DNA of 64,000 nt from Antechinus flavipes (taxonomy: Eukaryota), in contig NC_067400.1 of assembly GCF_016432865.1 (NCBI RefSeq), positions 614,110,001-614,174,000 on the forward strand, in the 5' to 3' direction. Under the pieces are notes generated by a model. The model made no database searches, had not been told where the DNA came from, and was given only the letters and a program-made list of their open reading frames with translations. Each line of letters opens with the position of its first letter. The first letter of the stretch is position 1. This document shows, piece after piece, positions 46,201 to 57,648 of the stretch. A program made the translations under genes and the position numbers.

Positions 46201-47047
46201 CTGTCTCTCTCTGTCTCTGTCTCTCCCTCTCTCGGTCTCTGTCTCTGTCTCTCCCTCGGTCTCTGTCTCTGTCTCTCCCTCTCTCGGTCTCTGTCTCTGT
46301 CTCTCCCTCTCTCGGTCTCTGTCTCTGCCTCTCCCTTTCCTCGGTCTCTGTCTCTGTCTCTCCCTCTCTCGGTCTCTGTCTCTCCCTCGGTCTCTGTCTC
46401 TGTCTCTCCCTCTCTCGGTCTCTGTCTCTGTCTCTCCTGACTCTCTTGGTCTCTTGTCTCTGTCCCTCTCTTGGTCTCTGTCTCTCCCTCTGTCCGTCTC
46501 TGTCTGTCTCCTTGTCTCTCCCTGTGTCTCTGGGTCTCTGTCTCTCCCTCTGTCTTTCTCGGAAACTCCCATTTTGTCTCCGTGCTCCGCCCCCCGCCCC
46601 CGTCCCTCCGCGTCTCGGCCCCGCCCCCCGCCCCTAACGATCCTTTGGCGTCCTGGCCCCCCCTCCTCCCCCCGCCCCTTCCCGTCGGTATTTCTGGGTG
46701 CCCCCGGGCCCCTCTAACGGCCCCGGCCCCTGAGGCCCGGCCCTGTCCCTCGAAGTCTGAGCTCTCCCCGCGGCGGGCGGCCGTTTCCCTCCCCGGCCGG
46801 TAGGTTCGGACGGCCCCCCGCCCCCACCCCCCGGCGGGCCTGGCCGGCCCCGGACTCCGGGCCCGGCCCCGGCTCCGGCCCCGGCGGGGCTCCGCACCAC
46901 GGTTTTGGCCGAGTTCGTTGCACAGGGCGGCTGCCTCTTCCACGATCCGTTCCTCAATATTTCGCGTCCCCAACCCCATGTCCTTCAGGGCGCCCATTGT
47001 GAGCGTTCGGAGCGTGTGCCATCGGGGGCCGTTGGAGAAAGCGATCC
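40210..47047 (-). CDS. CYP2T: Cytochrome P450 family 2 subfamily T-like, exons 3-9 (all open, canonical CYP2 sizes)
   Basis: Exon 3 47047-46898 (150 nt), exon 4 45180-45020 (161), exon 5 44864-44688 (177), exon 6 44583-44442 (142), exon 7 44161-43974 (188), exon 8 40637-40496 (142), exon 9 40391-40210 (182). [12 protein letters not shown]-helix [13 protein letters not shown], heme signature FATGKRMCLG. Resembles recalled rodent Cyp2t4 and sits at the CYP2T position next to EGLN2. Confidence 0.88.
42330..43890 (+). mobile_element. L2 3'-end fragments (~42330-42545 and ~43745-43890) flanking a simple-repeat array
   Basis: TGATCTTCCAAAGTGCAAGTTTGAGTATGTCACTCCTCTGCTCAA and CAGCACTGACAGTGCCTGGCAC..TTGTTGACTGACT are L2-type 3' text. 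Confidence 0.55.
42535..43750. repeat. 1.2-kb degenerate (TCCA/TCTA/TTCA)n array in CYP2T intron 7
   Basis: Nearly G-free plus strand; recurring TCTATTCATCCTATCCAT. Confidence 0.93.
46040..46560. repeat. (TC/TCTG)n low-complexity array in CYP2T intron 3
   Basis: Recurring CTCTGTCTCTGTCTCTCCCTC(TC)GGT. Confidence 0.93.
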
Positions 47048-47622
47048 CTGCCCAGGGGGACGAACAAACACCGAGAGACATGGGGGACGGGGCGACAAGG
47101 ACCGGGGGGGAACGACGACGACGGCGGCGACTGGGGGCCAGGGGTCTACTTTGGCCCGAAGGCCCCAGACTTAACAGGAAGTGCAGCACGCGTTACACAG
47201 ATAGGACGAACAGGGGGAGCAGAGGGAGTAGGAGGAGCAGATTGAGGAGGCGATGGAGAGGCGGGGGAAAAGGGAGCACGTTAGACGAGGGAAGGGACAA
47301 CGGGGGTAACAAGGGGAGCACACTCGGGAGCACAGGGGGCGACGGCGACGGGGGAGACACAGGGATAGAGGGGGAGGGAGACACAACGGGTAGAGACACG
47401 AGGACAAAGAATAGCGGGGGTAACAACGGGGGTAACAAAGAGACGAGGGGTACAGACAGTCATAGGAACACAGGGACGAGCAGAGAGACATGAGGAAAAG
47501 ACGCTGGGGACAGAGGCGGGAGCAGAGACACGAGGAGTGGAGAGACAGATACGAACGGACAGACACACGCGGGAGAAAGGCCCCCCCCCACCCCGCCCAC
47601 CCGCTTTAGCTCGCTCGCTCAC

Positions 47623-47790
47623 CGTTGCCCCGGGTGAAACGCTCGAACGCGGGCTTAGTTCCGCGAGCTGGCGGCATCCCCCTGCCGCAGAAGCGCTTGC
47701 CGCAGCCCAGCCCAAGCCGCCCAGCACGGCGGGGAGCGCTCGCCCCTGGCCGCGGCTCGGAGGGGGGGCCCCCAGAAAAGGGGGGACCCT
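47623..47790 (-). pseudogene. CYP2T: Frameshifted CYP2T exon 2
   Basis: PAVLGG / AGLRQALLRQGDA / RGTKPAFERFTRGNG|GTGAGC lie in three different frames (shifts at 47715-47712 and 47672-47666). Donor intact; 5' part degenerate. Confidence 0.75.
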
Positions 47791-47854
47791 TAGGGGCACC
47801 CCCGGCCGCCGCCTCGGGGGGTCCGGGAGCCCCCAGCCCGAGCGGTGAGAGCTA

Positions 47855-48240
47855 GACGCCCCGCTCCCCCCTCCCCCACCAGCCCTGAACAAGAGCTTCA
47901 TTTGGGACACTGGGATCCTGAACCCCAACCGAGGGGACCCAGGCCCCCCCATCCTGAGCACTGAGAGTTGGGCACCCCTTTCCACCCTTACAGGTAGCCC
48001 AGACTCATAGACATTGGGACCCAGGCCCCCCCATCCTGAGCACTGAGAGTTAGACACCTCGCTCCTCCCCCTCCCCCACCAGCCCAGACCCAAGAGCTTC
48101 ATTTGGGACACTGGGATCCTGAACCCCAACTGAGGGGACCCAGGCCCCCCACATCCTGAGCACTGAGAGTTGGGCACCACTGGGACCCTGGACGCCTCCC
48201 CCCCCCCAGCTGAGGAGATCCAGGCCCCTCACATCCTCAG
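47855..48240. repeat. ~200-bp tandem duplication with an internal GACCCAGGCCCCCCCATCCTGAGCACTGAGAGTT module
   Basis: CTCCCCCACCAGCCC..AAGAGCTTCATTTGGGACACTGGGATCCTGAACCCCAAC occurs at ~47870 and ~48070. Confidence 0.85.
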
Positions 48241-48589
48241 TAGTGAGAGCCAGGCATCCCATCCCTGTCATTCAGCAGCCGGGCCCCCATTCTTCGAAGC
48301 CCAACTTATGGGAAGTTAGTCCTGGGGCCCCGCCTTGGATGTTGTCATTCTGGGCCTCAGCCTTTAAAAATCCTGGAGAATCAAGCATCTTGGTCTCTGG
48401 GTGTCCTCCCCGTACCGCCCACCCCCTATTAGCCTCTGAGTGCTAAGACCCTGGCACCTGGGACCCCAGCCCCCGGCTCTCAGCCCCTACTAACTAGTCT
48501 CCATTCTCGCTCCCCCTCCAGCCAGTTCTCCCTCTGGGACACTGGAGTCTGGCTGGGCTAGTCCCTGCGTCTCTTTCCTGTTCTCTCTG

Positions 48590-48870
48590 TCCCCCTTCCT
48601 TGCCCCGTTACCCCCCGATCTCTCCGTCCCCCCTCCCCCCTTGCCCCGTTACCCCCAATCTCTCTGTCCCCGCTCCTTGCCCCGTTACCCCCCTATCTCT
48701 CCGTCCCCCCTCCTTGCCCCGTTACCCCCCGATCTCTCCGTCCCCCCCTTGCCCCGTTACCCCCCGATCTCTCCGTCCCCGCTCCTTGCCCCGTTACCCC
48801 CCGATCTCTCCGTCCCCCCTCCTTGCCCCGTTACCCCCCGATCTCTCCATCCCCCCTCCCCCCTTGCCCT
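48590..48870. repeat. Minisatellite, ~35-38 bp TTGCCCCGTTACCCCCCGATCTCTCCGTCCCC
   Basis: About 7-8 copies. Confidence 0.9.
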
Positions 48871-51365
48871 GTTACCCCTTGGATCTTCTGACACGGCCTC
48901 TAGAAAGCCCACCCCCACCCTTGAAGCCGCAGTGTCTGGGCTCCCTGCCCCTTGGGACCCTGTTCCTTCAAAACGTCTCCCTTCCCCCCCACTCTTCAAG
49001 GGCCTGGATGTTCTGCGCCCCCGTACAAGCACTTGCTAAGTCCCTATGCGGACCAGGCCTTGTGCTCCAAGTTAGCTATCAGTCACTGGGGTCCCAGTCC
49101 CAGCGTCCCGGGCTCCCGCTTCCTCAGCCCGTTGGCCCCCGGACCCAGGACCGGGAATCGCAGTCTGGCGGAGCAGGCGTCCTCGTCCCCATCTCAGAGG
49201 GGAGCAAACCGGAGGAGTGAAAGGAACTTGCCAACGTTAGGAGGGCAGTGAGCGGCAAAACCAGGGGCTACGGCGGGAAGAGTGTGGGGGACTCGGATTT
49301 GCTTCTGCCGCCTTTGTGGGGGATTCTGGGCAAGTCTCTAGTCTGGGCCCAGCTTGTCCAGCTGGAAAAAGGCGGGAAGCGACCTCCCAGATCCCTCTAG
49401 CTTCGGGCTTAGGATTTTGCCTCCCCGGTAGCTTCTTTGCCCCTCCTTCAGACCCCTCCCCCAGAATGACTCGGCCTTGTCCCCCACCACGTGTTTTTGT
49501 CTGTTTCTGTTCCAGTGATCCATCAGCAGGCCAGCACCCGAGCCTCCCAGCCTCCAGCCTCGGGACTCCCCCTCCGCCTGCTCCCGTTTCCACGGAACAG
49601 CTTGGAACAGGTGAACAGCCCCTTGGCAGCAGCCACTGCGGCCTGGGGTCTCTGTGCCCCGCGCCCGCTGTGGGGGAGCCCCCCTTGCCTGCCCCCGGCC
49701 CCTCCTTCTGGCCTTGAATCTCTGGCAGAGACAGTTAGCAAGTGAGTTGTGGGGGGAGATCTGCTGGAGGACAGCTGGGATGAGGAGGTTCCCCTGTTCA
49801 GTGCTCCTCCCTGGATCCTGGGGTCCTGGATGGACGATCTCTCCTTGAACTGGGGGAGACCGGGAAGATCGAGGAGAAGTCAAAGGTCAGCTTTTCTCTG
49901 TGCCCTCTTTCCCCCCAAAACGGTCAGACTGCTCTAGATTAGCCTTATTTGCTGGGAAACTGAGGCAGGGAGCGGGGCAGGGGCTCAGGGTGACACAGAG
50001 TCTGTCTCCTAGCTCCGGGCCCCCCTTTTTGGGGGGGGAGGCAAGCAGGGTTAGATCTTACCCAGGATCACACAACCAGCAAATGGCTGGGTCTGGGTTT
50101 GAGCTCAGTTCTCCCGGCTCCAGGGCCCTACTGTTCTACCTCCCCCTCCCCCCCCGAAAGTTCTTGTCTCTGTCCCCCCAGCCCCCCATCTCTGTCTGGT
50201 CTTCAGAGAAATGTCCCTCCCACCGTTTCTCTCTGCTTTTGTTTGTCTCTCGCTCCCTTTTTCTGTCCCTTTGCCTCTGTGTCTAGCTTTGAATCTCTTG
50301 GCCAGTGTCTCTGACTCTCCAGGCCTTTGCACGTCTCCCTTGGTTTCTCCGGGAGTAACAGCCACCCTTGTCCGGAGGCAGCTTCTCACGGTGGGGCCGG
50401 GGGTGTCTGAGCAATGCTAGAACCTCAGAGTCCTTTAGCACTTCCCTCTGCTCCTTGTTTTCTGCCACTTCCCCCAGAGCCAGCTTCCCTTAGCCCTCTC
50501 TTAGTCAGCATCCTTGGGAAAGCCTCCACGATGGCCCCCATTCCCTTTCCTCTCATTCCTTCTCCCTCTGTTCGCTGGCTTCCACCTCACCCTTCAACCA
50601 AAACTGCTCCTCAGATTTCCACTGGCCTTGATCCTATCCTCTTCCTTCATGACCTTTGGCACTTTCACCACCTTTCTTCTCTCTGGGTAGTTATGGCCTC
50701 TCTATGTCTGCCTCTCTTTCTGTGTCTCTCTTTTTTTTGTCTCCCTCCCATCTTCCTCTCTGTCTCTCTTTCCCTTTCTCTCTCTCTTCTCTCTCCTCTG
50801 TTTCTCTCCCTCCTTCTCCCTCTCAATATCTCTCCCATTCCTCTCCTNNNNNNNNNNNNNNNNNNNNNNNNNNNNNNNNNNNNNNNNNNNNNNNNNNNNN
50901 NNNNNNNNNNNNNNNNNNNNNNNNNNNNNNNNNNNNNNNNNNNNNNNNNNNNNNNNNNNNNNNNNNNNNNNNNNNNNNNNNGTCTTTTTTGACAATTTAA
51001 TAACAACAACAAAAAATAAGAGTCTCATAACAAAGCTACGAAGTTTGGCAAAAAAAAAAGTCCTCACACTGGCCATCTCCCAAAATGCCTGTCTCTCTGG
51101 CGGGAGGGGGAGGTCTTGTTTCATCTTCAGGCCTTTGGGGGGAGGGGAGGAGGCAAGCAGGGTTAGCTGTCTTACCCAGGATCACACAACCAGCAAATGA
51201 CTGGGCCTGGGTTTGATTTTCACAATTATCACAGATTTATCAGAGTTCCAAAGTCTTTCAAAGTTGTTTTCTCTATAATGTGCTCATCGCTGTATAAATT
51301 GTTCTCCTAATTCTCATCATTTTGCACCATTTCAGAGACATCTTCCCAGTTTCCTCATCTTCCAG

Positions 51366-51548
51366 AATTCAAATCTGGCCTCAGATACTTCCTAGATGTG
51401 TCAGCCTGGGTAAGTGACTTAGCCTGCTTGCCTCAGTTCCTCATCTGTAAAATGAACCCCAGAAGAAGAAGGCAAATCACTCCGGTATCTTTGCCAAGAA
51501 GACGACACGTGGAGTCACGAAGAGCTGGACGGGACTGAACAATAACCA
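51366..51548 (+). mobile_element. MAR1-type SINE (CORE plus RTE-like tail)
   Basis: TTCAAATCTGGCCTCAGATACTT..CTCATCTGTAAAATG..GGCAAATCACTCCGGTATCTTTGCCAAGAA..GGGACTGAACAA. Confidence 0.75.
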
Positions 51549-52169
51549 CACATTACAGTAGTATTCCATACGTTTATATACCGCAGTTTATGTAGCCATT
51601 CCCCAGCTCCTCCCTAATTTCCAGGTTTGGGCTAGTATGAAAAGAACTAGTATAATTTATTAAAAAACTACTATATTTGTCAATATAAAGTAATTATTAA
51701 ATAAAATAAAATAAAATATTAAAACAAAAAAATCATAAAAAAACCTACTATATATATATATGTTTTACTAACTTGTAAAAGAACTAGTACATATAGTACA
51801 TATAGGTCATTTCCCTTTTTTCTTTGATTTCTTTGGGGAATCAACTTAGTATAGTAGTGATAGTATAACTGAGTCAAAGAATATGCAGTATTTAGTAACT
51901 CTTGGAGATGGTTCCAAAGTACTTTCTGGAATGGTTGGACCAAGTCACAATTTTTTCAGCAGTGTCCTAGATTTCCCAAAAGCCCTTTCATTCACTGCAT
52001 ATTCATCCATATAACTTCCAATAACTTTGGACGACATTGACCTCAGCCTTTTCACTCACTTTTCTATGCATGAACTTTTGGAGGGAAGGAGGAGAAATGC
52101 TCACGTTTAAAATTCTAATGTCACAAAGGGAAATGCTTGCATTGAAGGGATAAATGGGTGAATTCTCTG

Positions 52170-52690
52170 TAGAAAAGAACCACTTTAGGTTCCCCAGTCC
52201 CCCAAAATACAGAAAATAAAAGCGAGCTCAGATAATAGAAGATAAATATGAGATTATGATATAGTAAATCACCTTAGGGCTCCCAAAACACAGAAAATAA
52301 AAGCGAGGTTAGATAATAGAAGATAAATATAAGATTATCATATAGTAAATCACTTTAGGTCTCCAGACCCCCAAAATACAGAAAATAAAAGTGAGCTCAG
52401 ATAATAGAAGATAAATATGAGATTATGATATAGTAAATCACCTTAGGGCCCCCAAAACACAGAAAATAAAAGCGAGGTTAGATAATAGAAGATAAATATG
52501 AGATTATCATATAATAAATCACTTTAGGTCTCTAGATCCCCAAAATACAGAAAATAAAATCGAGCTCACATAATAGAAGATAAATATGAGATTATCATAC
52601 AGTAAATCACTTTAGGTCCCCCAAAACACAGCAAATAAAAGCAAGGTTAGATAATGGAAGATAAATGTGAGATTATGATACAGTAAAAAG
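52170..52690. repeat. AT-rich tandem repeat with alternating 81/88-bp monomers (169-bp dimer)
   Basis: CAG(A/C)AAAT anchors at 52210, 52291, 52379, 52460, 52548, 52629. Confidence 0.92.
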
Positions 52691-52699
52691 AGAATCAGG

Positions 52700-54450
52700 A
52701 AGGTGAATGTTGAGGGAAGCTGAGTCTGTCAAGGAAGGGAAGCAAAGTAAAAGCAAGAGAGGGTTTTTTTTGGTTGTTGTTAGCTCTAGAGAGGAGGATC
52801 AGTGAAGAGAGGGGATTTTCTTGGGCTGAATAAGGGGACAGTGATAAACTGACAACATAAAAAAGCAGAACTATTTAAATCTTATGTTTTTATTTTCTGC
52901 AAAGGAAAATGACCTCTCTGCTGGAAACAACCGAACAAAAATGACTAACAGAGAGTTGATATCTGAGATAAGAAAGACAGTAGGAAGGCCTCCTTGATTG
53001 AATTCAAGTCACCTTGTCTGGATGAACTATATCCTCAAGTCCTTAGAGAACTGGCAGATGTGATGGCTGAGCCTGGGTAAGTGATATGGGAAAGATTATG
53101 GGAAAGGTGGGAGAGATGTTGGGAAAAGGAGAAATTCCCTCATTTTTAAAAGGAGAGAACAGAGCCGGCAAATCACGGGCCAGGGAGCTTGATTTTGATT
53201 CTTGGGGAAATTTTAAGATGGACCATTAAAGAGATGATTGATGAACATCCGGAAAGGAAAGCAGTGATCACAAAGAACCAACCTGGCTTCAGGTCATGTC
53301 AGACCAATGATATTTCCTTTTTTTGACTGGATCACCAAATTAGTGGATGAGGAGAATATTAAGGTGAGCGTTTACTCCCATTTTAGCAAATCTTTTTCTA
53401 AAAAACCTTATGCTATTCCGGAGAAGATGGAGAGAAATGGATGAGATGATAGGATAATTAGATGGCTTCAGCCCTACTCTGGATGGTCAGAGTGAAAGAG
53501 TTGTTAAGATTTTAGTATCAACATATCAGGAGGTCACCGGTGGAGGACCCCAGGGATCTATGCTTGACCTTGTGCTTTAAAATATCTATACTTGTAAATA
53601 ATCAGAGTCTTGAATAAAGGAATAAATGGCATGTCCATCGGATTTGCAGAGAACATCAAGCTGGGTTAAGGAGTGAGGGAGTAACAACTAATATACTGTA
53701 TGACGGTCAGGATCCAAAGGATCGTCTAGAGAATTGGACAGAATCTGCTAAGATGAAGTTCATCAGGGAGCAAGGTAAAGTTTTACATTAGGGCACAAAA
53801 AATCAACCTTTCAAGAATCAGGTAGGGAAGGGATGCCTAAATAGTAGTTGTTCTGAAAAGATCTGGTAGTTTCAGTGGACTACAAGCAAAATATGAGTCA
53901 GCCGCGATATGCCGCAATAAAAAAGCTAATGAAGTTTTGGGTGATATTCAGGGACAGAAACAGGAAGGAGATAGGCTCAAATGAGTTAATATTTGTAAAG
54001 CACTCAGCCTGGCGCATAGGAAGTACTATGTAATTGCTAGCTATTATTCATCTACAGTACAAAGTACTCTGGATTTATTTGTCCAACATTATCTGCTGAA
54101 ATATTGTGTTGGGTTATGAGAGCAGTTTGAGGACAATGATAAATTGGATAGTGTTCACAGTATGGCAGTCGGGTCCTTGGGTCCCTGAAGCATGAAGATT
54201 CATTGAAGGAACTGGGCTTGTTTAGCCGGGAGAAAAGCAGAAAGGGGGAGATGGTGAACTTAAGGTGTCTTGGGTGTCTTAAGGAATTAATTTGTTGTGC
54301 TAGGGCTAAGGCAGGGGTAATTTAGGTTGGATGTCAATAAATGCTAATGAGAGCAGTCCACAAACAGAGTGACCCACATCAAGAGATGGTGGATTTCCTC
54401 TCTTTGGAGGTCTCCAAGCAGAGACTGGATGACCCTTGTGGAACATGATC
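52700..54450 (+). mobile_element. Ancient CR1/L3 LINE ORF2 remnant
   Basis: GGATGAACTATATCCTCAAGTCCTTAGAGAACTGGCAGATGTGATGGCTGAGCC encodes DELYPQVLRELADVMAEP (CR1 RT-type); many stops and frameshifts. Confidence 0.75.
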
Positions 54451-54539
54451 TGGTGGACATGAGTTTCTTCTAATGTTCTGTGATTCCATATAAATTTCTG
54501 TTAGCCTGTCTTAGCTGGGCCTTTGCTACTTCAGGATAG

Positions 54540-55030
54540 TCATTTTATGCTTCCGTGATTGACCCTTAATTGTATTTCTCTTCAGCCACTGGAGACCCTC
54601 TCATCTCTTAAGCCACTTATACTTGCCCCTAGCCTGTCCCTCAGCAGAAGAACTAGCTTCATCCTTCTATGAAAAATGGAGGACTCATCTGTCTCAAGTT
54701 CCCCTTTCTCCTCAATTCCACATTTTAAATTATATCAGCTGCAACCCATCTTTGTGATCCAGTCTCAGAGCATAAGACGACCATTTCCCTTGCCAATTAC
54801 AACCCCTTTACTTGGACCCTTGGGCCCAATCCCCCTCCTTGCTTCCTCCAAATGCCTGCCCCTTCAATCATCCCTTCTCTCTTGCCCTGATTTTTTACCT
54901 TTCCTTATCTACTGCCTATAAATATGCTTATATCTCTTCACTGAAAAAAAAAAAGTTCACTTGATCCTACAACTCCCTCAAGTAATAATTCTAAATCTCT
55001 CCTCCCTGTCTCAGCCCAACTCCTGGGATG
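54540..55030 (+). mobile_element. L2 fragment
   Basis: L2 ORF2-like pyrimidine-rich text (CTTGATCCTACAACTCCCTC..TCTCTCCTCCCTGTCTCAGCC); by eye. Confidence 0.45.
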
Positions 55031-56295
55031 GCTTCCAGGAAGGCAGTAGTCCTATAGCAGTCTATGCTCATTAAACTTCAACAGGAGTGTCGTGTTCAGG
55101 TCAGTATAGGAAGAAAATCGATAAGATAGATAGGATCCAGAAGAGAGTATCAGACAATGTAGGCCATTGAGTTCATAACAAACAAAGATCAGTTAAAAAC
55201 CCTTTTAGTTTGAAGAATAAGGAATCTGAGCGTGTCAGATATTTCAAGAAAAAATCTCATTCTTCTACTAAGAGCAGAGGATACTTTTTGCTTTATTATT
55301 TTTTTTAAAGAAAATTAGTTCATTTCTACTGATAGTTTTTTTTTTTTTTATGTACATGACATTCTTTTTTGAACATATTCCTCTTCTCTCTTTCACCTAG
55401 TGAACCATCCCTCAAACTAGGTTTAAAAAGAGTTTGGCAAAGTTAGCCAACATATGAACTACGTCTAACAGTGCATGATTTATCCCACACCCAATGTTCC
55501 AGCATGACATTTGCTTCTAGCCAAACAACAGTCCTAGGTTACTTTCACAATTTGCTTTTTCCACTTCTACTTTGAACAGAATTGTTTTTTTTGGTTGGTT
55601 TTTTTTTTTTTTGTTTGTTTGTTTTTTTGCTTTTTTGTTTTTAATAGAATTGTAAGAAGTCACACCATCCCGTTGACTAGGTCCACCATAAATTTATGTT
55701 TAGATAGGCCTATAACATTAGAAAGTTCTCACTACTTGAAATTATAGTCATGTAAAGCATGGTAACTACTTCCAGTCCGAATGAATTTCAATTGTTGTGA
55801 CCACTGCAGGGGATTCGTTATTTGCACTGAAAGAGCCTGGTGGTAGTTAATCTCAGCTAGGCCCTACTTATAGCAAAAAATCCTTCACTTTCCTGTTTCT
55901 CTATACTTCTCATCACAATGGCTTTTACAAGTCTCTTTTTTCTCCTCAAGTCTCTCAGACACTTCCTTTCCCCCATTTTTCTCTGTCTCTCTTTTTCTCC
56001 CTCTCTGTCTCCTTCTCTTTCTCTCTCTCTCTCTCCCTCCCTCTCTATCTTTCCCTCTTCTCTTTCTGTCTGTCTCTCTCAAATGAGGACTTTTTATTTT
56101 ACTGAGAAAATTGAGACCATTCACAGCAAGTTCCTTGTTCTGTTCTCTTCATTTCACAACAACTTGAGATCATCGCTCATTCTCTTCTCCTTTCACTTAG
56201 TTTGGCAAAGAGGTGGACTTTCTCCTTGGCAAAGCCAACCCCTCTACATGTGTCCTGAATCCCAGTTCCTCCCATCTTTTCCAGTCAAGAAGATT

Positions 56296-56500
56296 TGAGT
56301 TCAAATACAGTCTTAGTCATTTACTAGCTTTAGGACCTCATGTAAATCACTTCATCTGTCAGTCTCAGTTTACTTAGGTGTTAATTAGTTATAATAATAT
56401 TACATATGTTCCAAAGGTTATTGTGAAGATAAAATGAAATAATATAGGTATAAAATGCTTTCCAAACCTTAAGAAGCGAAATGAATGCTAGCTTTTTATC
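56296..56500 (+). mobile_element. MIR SINE
   Basis: GAGTTCAAATACAGTCTT..TTTACTAGCT..TCTCAGTTTAC..GGTTATTGTGAAGATAAAATGA..AACCTTAAG. Confidence 0.7.
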
Positions 56501-56523
56501 ACAGGCATTTTGAAATTGGGATG

Positions 56524-57158
56524 TGTTATGAGTTCAAATGTTGGAGTTCTTGTTCTTCTCGAAACACAGGGCTTAGAGGCTTAGAGCCCTCCGAATATCT
56601 CCAAATCCAAAGGTTCTGTCCTTCAGCCTCTGCCTCTGCTTTCTTCAGCCTCCAACCAACACAGAGATGGAATGTCTCTCTTTTCTCCTTCTGGGGAGCC
56701 CAGCCACCAACTACAGTGGTGTGAGATAAAGATGAATCTGGTTGTCCACTGAACTCTCCACTCGTAGCTTTATCCTCTGAAAACCCTTCGTCTGCCACCA
56801 GAGTCGCTCCTCTCGAGTCCAGCTGAACTCTCTTCTGCGACCAGCCAGCCAAGAGGAAAAAATGTATTCTGGAATGGCTGTCTCGCCTTATATGTGAATC
56901 TTCTGAGAGAATGGGATTATGGGTTTTCTCCCATAGTGCTCTCTGGCCCAAAGAGCTTTAAGAGAGGTGTGGACTCCCTTGAAGTTAGAAAGTGTACTTT
57001 GTGAAGCTAGCATACTTGTGGACTCCAATGAGTAAAGGTGTGAACACAAGCCTTGTATTAATTAGTTCTACTTAGTACCTTGTTTCAGGTTCTAGCCAAA
57101 ATCTTTTTGTAAGATTAGATCAACTCTAATTAGTTAGCAGTTAGTAAGGATTCCAACA
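56524..57158 (-). repeat. ERV 3' LTR (635 bp)
   Basis: Begins TGTTGGAATC after the PPT and ends ATAACA at the TSD. Shares a ~255-bp block and a ~60-bp block with the 5' LTR. Confidence 0.88.
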
Positions 57159-57175
57159 TCTCCCCCTTTCTTTTG
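57159..57175 (-). other. ERV polypurine tract
   Basis: AAAAGAAAGGGGGAGA directly 5' of the 3' LTR on the minus strand. Confidence 0.85.
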
Positions 57176-57648
57176 TTAGATGAAAACACCAAAGGAAATA
57201 GGAAATCTAATCAGATTAGTGGGTTTCTGAAGGGGTACACATAAATCCATCAATATGGGCCAGAACTTTGTAACAGATATACATGGTATACATAAATCCA
57301 TCAATATGGGAGGCATTATACATAATTTACAAAAGCACATAGCAATATAACACAGGCTAGTAGTAATGTAACAACATGAATCAACCTGAAAATTTACACA
57401 TGTCCATAAGTCCTAGAAATAGTCCATAAGGAATCCATTGTCCATTAGTTCATGTGCCAGGAATCCAATAGTTCCTGTAAGCCCTGAAGTACTGCAAAAG
57501 TCTCATCAACAATTTTTCATCTTAAGGAATCCAATGATTCTCGCTGGTTTTTCAAGAACTAAAACAGTTTCATCTTGTGTTAGGAAATCCAATGATCCCT
57601 GAAGATTTTAAAAGTCTTTTTAACAGTCTCCTTGTCAGCTATGCTCTT

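Noticed and set aside
45756-47189. 477-aa ORF containing CYP2T exon 3 followed by an RE-rich tail
   Set aside because: Exon 3 reading on into a stop-free (GA)n intron; the exon 3 donor and exon 4 acceptor are canonical.
48200-48271. MGCLAL..LLSWGG as candidate CYP2T exon 1
   Set aside because: The intervening residues (TTEDVRG) are not hydrophobic, no PPGP follows, and it overlaps a local repeat.
49520-49830. PGP..GNLL and HSGRG..LFRGNG peptides hinting at CYP2 exon 1/2 remnants
   Set aside because: Motif spacing is wrong, no signal anchor, no donor sites; likely chance.
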